Source: Christensenellaceae bacterium
Lineage (GTDB): Bacteria > Bacillota > Clostridia > Christensenellales > CAG-138
Length of the DNA: 64,000 nt
NCBI GenBank assembly: GCA_963667195.1
Contig: OY762962.1
Coordinates: forward strand, 2,138,591 to 2,202,590
Direction: 5' to 3'
Numbering within the stretch: the first letter of the stretch is position 1; every line of letters starts with the position of its first letter. The notes below the pieces were generated by a model that saw nothing but the letters and a program-made list of their open reading frames with translations, was not told where the DNA came from and ran no database searches. The position numbers and the translations under genes are program-made. Shown here in pieces: positions 56,334 through 64,000 of the stretch.

Positions 56334-58013
56334 TTACGGGTTGGTAGTTGGCGACGTGGACGGGGATGTGGATGCGCCGGGATTCGGTGTGGTCGTCAGA
56401 GAGGCGCTAGGCGAGACAGTCATCTTGGTCTTGTTATTTGCCTTGCCGACCGCCGCAGTCATCGCGTCCGCGCTGTAGATCAGCTTCAGCGTCTCTTGGC
56501 CTGCAATGCCGTCCATCGGCAGTCCGTGATATTCCTGGAAGGTCTGCACTGCGAGCACGGTGGTGTTTCCATATAGACCCGTGGCGCTTCCCGTGGTCAG
56601 ATAGCCGAGCTCGATGAGTCGGTTTTGCAGTTTTGTAACATCCTGAACCAGCTTCGTGATGACCTTTGTACGGTCGTCTCCATCGCCGCGGGAGAGGAAG
56701 TACGGCTTTGCCGAATCGCTCATGAGCAGCGTGTACGTGGTGTTACCGATGATGCCGTCCCAGCTTTTGTTGGTATCAAAATTCTTGAGCTGGAAGAGGC
56801 GAATTGCCGTCTTGGTGATGGGTCCGTATTTATTGGTATAGCCACCTTCCGGCTGTTCCATATAGCCGAGATCGACGAGACGTTTCTGAATATCCGGAAG
56901 CAGATCACTGACCGTACCTGCCTTCGCGATATTCTCCGTCAGCGTCGGCAGTGCCGGCGTGGGGGAGACTGCCTCGGTCGGGACAGGGGTATTCGTCGGT
57001 GCGAGGGAAGGCGTGATGGTGACGTCCGTAATGGCGAGCTGATCAACGTCCTGCTTCTGCGTGCGATCGCTGTTTTGCGTCAGTACCGCAATCAAGATGA
57101 CAGCCGCGACCAGAACGGCGAAACCACCGCCGATGAGGATCAGCGTTTTCGAGGGCAGCTGTGCCAGATAGAGCCCCAGCGCATGCATGAACTTTCCAAA
57201 CTTGGTGCGTTTTTTCTTGCCGCTGGAGCGGGGACGTTCATATGCTTCCTCGTCGTCGTCCGAATCACGTGAATAGCGGTCTTCGCTCTGCGGATAACGC
57301 GAACGCGCGGTGCGCGACGTATATTCGTCTTCACCCTGCGGCATGCGCGTGCGGGAGGTTTGTCCGCGCGGGGTAAACTCTTCCACATCGTCAGGCATGC
57401 GCATGCGTCCGGTTGTACTGCGATCGGTATAACCATCGCGCGGCATGCTGGTGCGCCCTGTTGCGCTGCGTGCGGCGTAGGGGTAGTTTTCATCCTCGGG
57501 GGGCATGACGGTGCGCCCGGTTGCGCCGCGCTTGGAATAATCCGTCATCTGCAGGCGCGTGGCATACACGCTGTCAGGATTCTCCGGATAACGTCCGGTG
57601 TTCTGACGCTGCGCATAGGGATCAACAGGCTGTCCATACGGATCGACGGGCGGTTGCTGCCCGTAAGGCGCGGAAGGCTGCTGCTGCGCGTAATAATCCT
57701 GCGGGTTGCCATAAGCGTTTCCCTGCGGATAGGAGTAGCCGTAATTCGGATCGATCGGATGCGGCGCATACGGATTCTCTGCGTCCGCATATCCGCCCTG
57801 CGGCGGCTGCACGGCATAACCCCGTTCGTCATAGCCGTTCTGACCCGTGTAGGCGGGGTTGTAAGGCGCGTTGGGATCGTACTGCTGCGAAGGGTCTACT
57901 CCGTAAGCCGCAGGATCTTCGCGGTAGCCGCGCGACGAACCAGAGCCCTGCCCGGCTGTGTTGGGGTTTTCTTCATATGGCGGATATCCGAAACCGCCGT
58001 CGTGTTGATCCAT
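56334..58013 (-). CDS. Membrane-anchored peptidoglycan-binding (PG_binding_1 repeat) protein with a low-complexity cytoplasmic N-terminus
   Basis: The N-terminal ~290 aa is Pro/Tyr/Gln/Gly-rich with TGRTxMP repeats. One TM helix (LILIGGGFAVLVAAVILIAVL) follows. The C-terminal PG-binding repeats read LGY...G.YG..T..A...FQ. Confidence 0.75.
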   Translation of the reverse strand: MDQHDGGFGYPPYEENPNTAGQGSGSSRGYREDPAAYGVDPSQQYDPNAPYNPAYTGQNGYDERGYAVQPPQGGYADAENPYAPHPIDPNYGYSYPQGNAYGNPQDYYAQQQPSAPYGQQPPVDPYGQPVDPYAQRQNTGRYPENPDSVYATRLQMTDYSKRGATGRTVMPPEDENYPYAARSATGRTSMPRDGYTDRSTTGRMRMPDDVEEFTPRGQTSRTRMPQGEDEYTSRTARSRYPQSEDRYSRDSDDDEEAYERPRSSGKKKRTKFGKFMHALGLYLAQLPSKTLILIGGGFAVLVAAVILIAVLTQNSDRTQKQDVDQLAITDVTITPSLAPTNTPVPTEAVSPTPALPTLTENIAKAGTVSDLLPDIQKRLVDLGYMEQPEGGYTNKYGPITKTAIRLFQLKNFDTNKSWDGIIGNTTYTLLMSDSAKPYFLSRGDGDDRTKVITKLVQDVTKLQNRLIELGYLTTGSATGLYGNTTVLAVQTFQEYHGLPMDGIAGQETLKLIYSADAMTAAVGKANNKTKMTVSPSASLTTTPNPGASTSPSTSPTTNP

Positions 58014-58291
58014 ATGTTTCACGCTCCTCAATTGAGAATCGGCTCAGCGCTCTTTGCCGGGGATTGCGCAAAGTTGGAGGGTTTGATCGTTGGCAGAGCC
58101 TGCGGCTCTTACGCCGCGGTTCACCGAAGATACCTGCGGATGAACCCGATCTCAGGCTAGAAATCTCCATTTCAATGCAACTATAGTGTACCATAGGATG
58201 TGGGGGTGAATGATCGGGATTATTGTGAAGAATCTATGGATAAATTGTTAATCCTTTTACTGGTAAAACACGCAAAGTGGGGGATAAAAGA

Positions 58292-58331
58292 TAAAAAAGA
58301 AGCCGAAATGCCATTTTTAGGCATCCGGCTC
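58292..58331 (-). terminator. Rho-independent terminator downstream of deoC
   Basis: The minus strand reads GAGCCGGATGCC-TAAAAAT-GGCATTTCGGCTTCTTTTTT. Confidence 0.6.
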
Positions 58332-58425
58332 CCATAATACGCACAATACTGAATTGTAAATTATGAACAACCGCGCGATACGCCTGCCGCGGTCTTTCCT
58401 AATTGATTCATACGCGTGGGGGAAA

Positions 58426-59067
58426 TCACTCCATGATCTTCTTGGTGGAGCTGCAACCGATTCTGGTTGCGCCCGCCGCGATCATGGCAAGCGCCTGTTC
58501 GCGCGTGCGAACGCCGCCGCTGGCTTTCACACCCATCTCGGGACCAACGGTCTTTCGCATGAGCGCGATGTCTTCCGGCGTTGCGCCGCCGGTGGAAAAG
58601 CCGGTGGAGGTTTTCACAAACGCGGCTCCTGCGGCCTTCGCGGCGAGGCAGGCTTTCACCTTCTCGTCGTCGGTTAAGAGGCAGGTCTCGATGATCACCT
58701 TCACGATGGCGGGCTTTGCCGCGTTGACGACCGCCGCGATGTCCGCTTGAACCGCCGACCAGTCGCCGGCCTTTGCCGCGCCGATGTTCATGACCATGTC
58801 GATTTCTTCCGCGCCGTCGCGAACGGCAAGCGCCGCCTCGATGGCCTTCGCTCCGCTCGACATCGCGCCCAGCGGGAAACCGACGACGACACAGGTTTTG
58901 ACGCCGCTGCCGGCAAGCTCGCGTGCAACCAGCGAGGTAAAGCAGGAGTTGACGCAGACGCTCGCAGTCTTATATTCCTTCGCTTCCGCTGTGACGGCGA
59001 GGATATCCGCGCTCTTGGCGTCCGCCTTGAGCAGCGTGTGATCCAGATATGTATTCAGCGGATTCAT
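58426..59067 (-). CDS. deoC: Deoxyribose-phosphate aldolase
   Basis: DeoC blocks are [25 protein letters not shown] (Schiff-base Lys) and KASGGVRT. Confidence 0.92.
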   Translation of the reverse strand: MNPLNTYLDHTLLKADAKSADILAVTAEAKEYKTASVCVNSCFTSLVARELAGSGVKTCVVVGFPLGAMSSGAKAIEAALAVRDGAEEIDMVMNIGAAKAGDWSAVQADIAAVVNAAKPAIVKVIIETCLLTDDEKVKACLAAKAAGAAFVKTSTGFSTGGATPEDIALMRKTVGPEMGVKASGGVRTREQALAMIAAGATRIGCSSTKKIME

Positions 59068-59612
59068 GCGAAATACCTCTTGAGCAGGCCCTCAAAGCCC
59101 TTGCCGTGGCGGGCTTCGTCGCGCGCCATCTCGTGGACGGTGTCGTGGATTGCGTCGAGATTGAGCTCTTTTGCGCGCTTGGCAAGCTTCGTCTTGCCTT
59201 CGCAAGCGCCAAACTCCGCCTCGGCACGCAGCTCAAGGTTCTTCTTGGTTGAGGTGGTGATCACTTCGCCGAGGAGCTCCGCAAAGCGGGAAGCGTGATC
59301 CGCCTCTTCAAACGCATAGCGTTTGAACGCCTCGGCAACCTCGGGGTAACCTTCGCGCTCGGCAACGCGCGCCATGGCGAGATACATGCCGACTTCGGTG
59401 CACTCACCGGAGAAGTTCATACGAAGGCCTTCGAGCACCTCCGCGTCCACACCGGCTGCGATGCCGACGACGTGCTCGGCCGCGTACTGCTTGACATCCT
59501 GAGAAATCTCAACGAAGGAATCGCCGGGCGCTTTGCAAACCGGGCAGAAATCCGGCGCGGAATCCCCCGTGTGAACATACCCGCAAACGGGGCAACGGAA
59601 CTGTTTTGTCAT
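59064..59612 (-). CDS. Rubrerythrin-family protein with an N-terminal rubredoxin-like domain ('reverse' rubrerythrin)
   Basis: The N-terminal CPVCGY...CPVCKAP is followed by a ferritin-like di-iron domain ([24 protein letters not shown] ... EMARDEARH). Confidence 0.85.
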   Translation of the reverse strand: MTKQFRCPVCGYVHTGDSAPDFCPVCKAPGDSFVEISQDVKQYAAEHVVGIAAGVDAEVLEGLRMNFSGECTEVGMYLAMARVAEREGYPEVAEAFKRYAFEEADHASRFAELLGEVITTSTKKNLELRAEAEFGACEGKTKLAKRAKELNLDAIHDTVHEMARDEARHGKGFEGLLKRYFA

Positions 59613-59807
59613 AAATTAATCGCTCCTTTCGGAAAATAAAACTAAGATCATGGCTGTGATCCTGCGGCGATCAAAATCGTCTAACCGCATATTCAGTATA
59701 GCCGCGGGAATGTAAACAATCAATCACAAAAGCGAAAAACCACTACCAAAACAGGGGTACGTTTGCTATACTGCAAGACGATGACACTCTGATTATGGGA
59801 GACTGGA

Positions 59808-61259
59808 ATGAAACGAATCCTCGGCGCATTGCTGACAATAGCGATTCTACTCACGCCCGCGATGGCGCTAGCGGACTTTGACTATGACTCGATACCGACA
59901 CCGAACATGATCGTTGTGGACGGCGATGATCCGAGCGTTGTGTTTTTTGAGCGCAACGCGGATCAGAAGGTGTTTCCCGCGAGCACGACCAAGATTATGA
60001 CCACGCTCGTCACACTCGAAAACGGCAACCTCGACGACTCGTTTACGGTTGGCGACGAAGTGCTTGGTACGACGATAAAATTCACGGAACTGTCCTCACT
60101 CATGGGGATTAAGCCCGGCGAGACGCTGACGTTACGCGACCTCGTTTACGGCCTCATGCTTGTCTCCGGCAATGACGCGGGCGAAGCGATCGCCAAGCAC
60201 GTTGCGGGCAGCGTGGACGGCTTTGTTGCGCTGATGAACAAGAAGGCGCAGGAAATCGGCATGACCAACACGCACTTTAACAATCCGCACGGTGTGCACG
60301 ATGATAACCACTACACCACCGCGCGCGACATGGCAAAGCTCATGGCCTACGCGCTGAAGAACCCGGACTTCGTCAAGATCGCGGCCACCAAGACCTACAC
60401 GGTGCCCGCAAACAGCGTCCGCACCACCGACCTCGTGCTCGTGAACACCGACCGCCTGCTCAACGCGGTCGCCGGCGATCCGGTGCAGACCGTCTATCCC
60501 TACGCCATTGGCGGCAAGACGGGAGACACACCGATGGCGGGCAAGTGCCTCGTTGCCGCCGCTGAAAAAGACGGCGCGCGCGTGATCATCACGATGTTTG
60601 GCGACAAGGCGGAAATGTATAACGGCGACACGGTGACCACCAACCTCGCGCGGTTTGTCAACGCCGCCGCCATCTTTGACTACGTGTTTGCAAACGGCTA
60701 CCAGAGCGTTTCCGCTTCGGAGTTGGGATTTCAAAAGAGCTTTAGCACCGGCGTGGTCAACGCAAACGCCGCAGACCTCAAGGACGGACAGCTGACCATG
60801 ACCGCGCAGCTTGGCGACACGCTGAAGTTCCCGAGCACGTTGGTCGAAAATATCAAGTCAAACGCAGGCTCCATCACCACGAATATGGTACTGACGACAG
60901 ACGCGCAGGCACCGATTACCGCGGGCCAGGAGATGGGTCTGGTTGAGTATAAGCTAGGCGAACAGGTGATCTACTCGGCAAAGCTCGTTGCGGATTTCGC
61001 AGTGAGCCAGGGCACGGAAGAGACCTCCGCAGATCCTCAGGCGACCGCCGTTGTGAGCACGGGCCCGGACACGACGCCGCTCATCGACAAAGGACGCAAG
61101 GATTGGTCCACGGGAGACACACTGACGCTGACGTTTGTGCTGTTGGCGGTTCTGCTCGTGGCGCTGGTCGTAATCTTCATCCTCTCGGAGCGCAAGCGCC
61201 GCTATGAGCGCAAGCGCAGAGCCAGAGCGAAGAAACGCAGGCAGCAATACTACGAATAA
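59808..61259 (+). CDS. D-alanyl-D-alanine carboxypeptidase (class A low-MW PBP, peptidase S11) with a C-terminal TM anchor
   Basis: It has the SxxK motif PASTTKIMT, the SxN motif VSGNDA and the KTG motif GGKTGDT. The C-terminus has a hydrophobic helix and a basic tail. Confidence 0.9.
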   Translation: MKRILGALLTIAILLTPAMALADFDYDSIPTPNMIVVDGDDPSVVFFERNADQKVFPASTTKIMTTLVTLENGNLDDSFTVGDEVLGTTIKFTELSSLMGIKPGETLTLRDLVYGLMLVSGNDAGEAIAKHVAGSVDGFVALMNKKAQEIGMTNTHFNNPHGVHDDNHYTTARDMAKLMAYALKNPDFVKIAATKTYTVPANSVRTTDLVLVNTDRLLNAVAGDPVQTVYPYAIGGKTGDTPMAGKCLVAAAEKDGARVIITMFGDKAEMYNGDTVTTNLARFVNAAAIFDYVFANGYQSVSASELGFQKSFSTGVVNANAADLKDGQLTMTAQLGDTLKFPSTLVENIKSNAGSITTNMVLTTDAQAPITAGQEMGLVEYKLGEQVIYSAKLVADFAVSQGTEETSADPQATAVVSTGPDTTPLIDKGRKDWSTGDTLTLTFVLLAVLLVALVVIFILSERKRRYERKRRARAKKRRQQYYE

Positions 61260-61266
61260 AAACACA

Positions 61267-61296
61267 AAGCCGTTGCAAGATTGCAACGGCTTTTTA
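61267..61296. terminator. Bidirectional terminator
   Basis: The sequence is AAAGCCGTTGCA-AGAT-TGCAACGGCTTTTT. Confidence 0.75.
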
Positions 61297-61314
61297 ATTT
61301 GCGTGATGAACGCG

Positions 61315-62136
61315 TTATCCCTTTGGTTCGATTCCCAGCGCACGGTTCAAGAATTCCGCGACGCAGCTTTCGTTGTTGCTGGTCGTGAGCACGATGTCCG
61401 CGACCGCTTTGACCTCGTCAATCGCGTTTGCGGGCGCGCCGCCGATATCCGCCAGCGCCACCATCTCAAGGTCGTTGTTGTAGTCTCCGATGGCGAGTAT
61501 TTTCTTTACGTCGCCGCAACGCGCGCGGACATCCTCCAGCGCGGTGCCCTTGTTCACGCCCGCCGTGACGAACTCCAGATACCAGTCCGCGGTGCGAAAC
61601 ACCGAGAACGAATCGATATACGCCTCGCGCTTAATCTCTGCATGGATCACGTCCAGATGCTCGGAGGTGTGCGCAATCAGGAGTTTCAGCGCGGTCTCGT
61701 GAATCTGCTCCATCGGTATGCTGACGACCGGAAGGTGCTCAATCACCGTCTGCGGGTCGTCCCGCTGGTCGGGGTTGATTTCGTAGATCGACTGCTCCGT
61801 GAACACCTGCACGCAGGCATTCGGGCGAACCGCGAGCACGCGGGAAGCAACCTGCTCCATGCGCGCGCGATCGATCGGGTGCGTGGCCAGGAAGCGCTTT
61901 TGCTTGAGATCGTAAAGCCCCGCGCCGTTGAGCAATATGCAGGGCGCGTTGACCGGCAGCGAACGCTCGATTTCGCCGATGATGGATGGCACGCGCCCGG
62001 TCGCGACGCCGAAGCGTCCACCCTCGCGCACGAAGGTTTCGATTGCCGCGCGGTTTTGGTCGGAGACGCGTTTATCGTCGTCAAAGAGCGTTCCATCCAG
62101 ATCACAATAGAGATAATAGCCGTCAAAGGCGCCCAT
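61315..62136 (-). CDS. Cof-type HAD-IIB family hydrolase (sugar phosphatase)
   Basis: It has HAD motif I, YCDLDGTL, and the C-terminal GDYNNDLEM (motif IV). Confidence 0.85.
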   Translation of the reverse strand: MGAFDGYYLYCDLDGTLFDDDKRVSDQNRAAIETFVREGGRFGVATGRVPSIIGEIERSLPVNAPCILLNGAGLYDLKQKRFLATHPIDRARMEQVASRVLAVRPNACVQVFTEQSIYEINPDQRDDPQTVIEHLPVVSIPMEQIHETALKLLIAHTSEHLDVIHAEIKREAYIDSFSVFRTADWYLEFVTAGVNKGTALEDVRARCGDVKKILAIGDYNNDLEMVALADIGGAPANAIDEVKAVADIVLTTSNNESCVAEFLNRALGIEPKG

Positions 62137-62416
62137 GATTTCCTCCTAAAAAGATTGACACAGCCGGTGAAACGGCGGCGCAACGCGTTCATTCTAAACG
62201 ACGAGGCGGCAAAAGGCAACCGATTTGGGGAAATCCGGCAGGTATTTTACACGATTTGACACTTTGATTTCGCTTTGCCGTCACGCCGGCAGGGTATGCG
62301 CGCGCTTGAAAAGATAAGTATACGCGAGTATACTATATGCGTGCCAAGTGCATCCGCCTGAATCCGGCGGTGCGCTCGCAAGCGCTAAGAATGAGTCGTA
62401 AACGGGGGAAGAGCGC

Positions 62417-63364
62417 ATGAACGAACAAAAGCGGGCCAGAGTCGTCGGCGTTGGCGCAGCCAATGTGGACGTACACGGGCGCAGCAGAAAGTCCATCGTG
62501 ATGCGTGACAGCAACCCCGGCTACATGGCGACCTCCGTCGGCGGGGTCACGCGCAACATCCTCGAAAACCTCGCGCGGCAGGGCGTCCCTGTGGCGCTGC
62601 TCTCCGCCGTGGGAGACGATCTCTACGGCGAGAGGATTGTGCGCGACAGCAAGCTCGCCGGCATCGACATGTCGCACATCTTACAAAAGCACGGTGCGGT
62701 GTCGTCCAGCTATATCGCGATTCTCGATGAAAAAGGCGATATGCTGCTTGGTATGTCGGACATGCGCATCATCGAGGACCTGCCGACCGCGTATCTGGAC
62801 GAGAACGCGGGGCTATTAAAGAGCGCGGATGCGATCGTTTGCGACGCGTGCCTGCCCATCGATCTACTCGACCACCTCGTTTCGGAGGCGGCAAGCGGCA
62901 CGCCCGTGCTGATCGATCCCGTTTCGACCGCATACGCGCGGCAGATGGAACCCATCGCGGGCAAGTTTTACGCGATGAAGCCAAACGTCATGGAGCTCAG
63001 CATCCTCTCCAACCTCCCGACCGAGACGGAGACGCAGATTGAGCGCGCCTGCGAAGCGCTGCTCACGCGCGGGGTTCGGCGCATCGCGGTCAGCCGCGGT
63101 GAAAAGGGCTGCTACTATGCGGATGCGGAAGGCAATCGGCTGTTTCGTTCGCTCCGACCCGTTTCGCAGATGGTAAACGCGACCGGCGCGGGAGACGCGT
63201 TCCTGGCGGGATTTACCCACGCGCTTGTGGACGGACTCCCGGTGGAGGAGATGCTGGACTATGCGCTGGCCTCCGGCATTACCGCGATTCAAAGCATGAC
63301 GACGATCAACCCGGACATGAGCGACGCACGCGTCAAACAGAATATCACGCGATACCGATTGTAA
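62417..63364 (+). CDS. psuK: PfkB-family kinase, probable pseudouridine kinase
   Basis: Ribokinase-fold motifs are VVGVGAANVDV and NATGAGDAF. It lies directly upstream of psuG. Confidence 0.75.
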   Translation: MNEQKRARVVGVGAANVDVHGRSRKSIVMRDSNPGYMATSVGGVTRNILENLARQGVPVALLSAVGDDLYGERIVRDSKLAGIDMSHILQKHGAVSSSYIAILDEKGDMLLGMSDMRIIEDLPTAYLDENAGLLKSADAIVCDACLPIDLLDHLVSEAASGTPVLIDPVSTAYARQMEPIAGKFYAMKPNVMELSILSNLPTETETQIERACEALLTRGVRRIAVSRGEKGCYYADAEGNRLFRSLRPVSQMVNATGAGDAFLAGFTHALVDGLPVEEMLDYALASGITAIQSMTTINPDMSDARVKQNITRYRL

Positions 63365-63399
63365 CGATAAGATAGCCCGAAAGGAGCGAAACAAAGGAA

Positions 63400-64000
<601 letters not shown>

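Noticed and set aside
57360-58186. Plus-strand ORFs of 221-266 aa
   Set aside because: They are antisense to the Pro/Tyr-rich part of the PG-binding protein gene. The repetitive Arg-rich translations are shadow frames.

Overview
This is a 64 kb segment of a GC-rich, Clostridia-like chromosome. The taxon is a low-confidence inference from codon usage, GGAGG ribosome-binding sites and gene content; an Oscillospiraceae/Flavonifractor-like gut anaerobe is possible. The window has three parts. (1) Nt 1-23,880 is a carbohydrate and glycoside catabolism region. It holds a glycosidase cluster (GH13, DUF2961/GH172 and a GHL6/GH42-like enzyme). An eight-gene minus-strand operon joins a sugar oxidoreductase, TIM-barrel isomerase and hexokinase to a cyclase, an FAH-family hydrolase, a thiolase and a CoA-transferase. 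A plus-strand locus looks like a flavonoid C-glycoside deglycosidase system: a DgpA-like Gfo/Idh/MocA oxidoreductase, a TIM-barrel alpha subunit, a small DUF6379-like beta subunit, a GPH transporter and an AraC regulator. A second copy of the oxidoreductase plus small-ORF module follows. (2) Nt ~23,880-31,825 is a clearly AT-rich foreign island abutting the 3' end of an initiator tRNA-fMet gene. It carries a sigma-like/HTH/DUF3825 module and an intact IS3-family element with a truncated second copy. Between the two IS copies lies a tightly packed four-gene type II CBASS anti-phage operon: CD-NTase, Cap2 (E2-E1 fusion), Cap3 (JAMM protease) and a Cap15-like effector with two TM helices and a beta-rich domain. 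This operon is the main finding. The family is known, but its nucleotide signal, CD-NTase clade and effector mechanism cannot be read from sequence. (3) Nt 32,000-64,000 is ordinary core genome: an MsmX-like ATPase, yedF/DUF3343, a PadR module, galK, transporters, an opp operon, deoC, a rubrerythrin, a DD-carboxypeptidase and psuK/psuG. I saw no CRISPR array, rRNA gene or prophage. All family assignments come from reading the translations; no database search was run.
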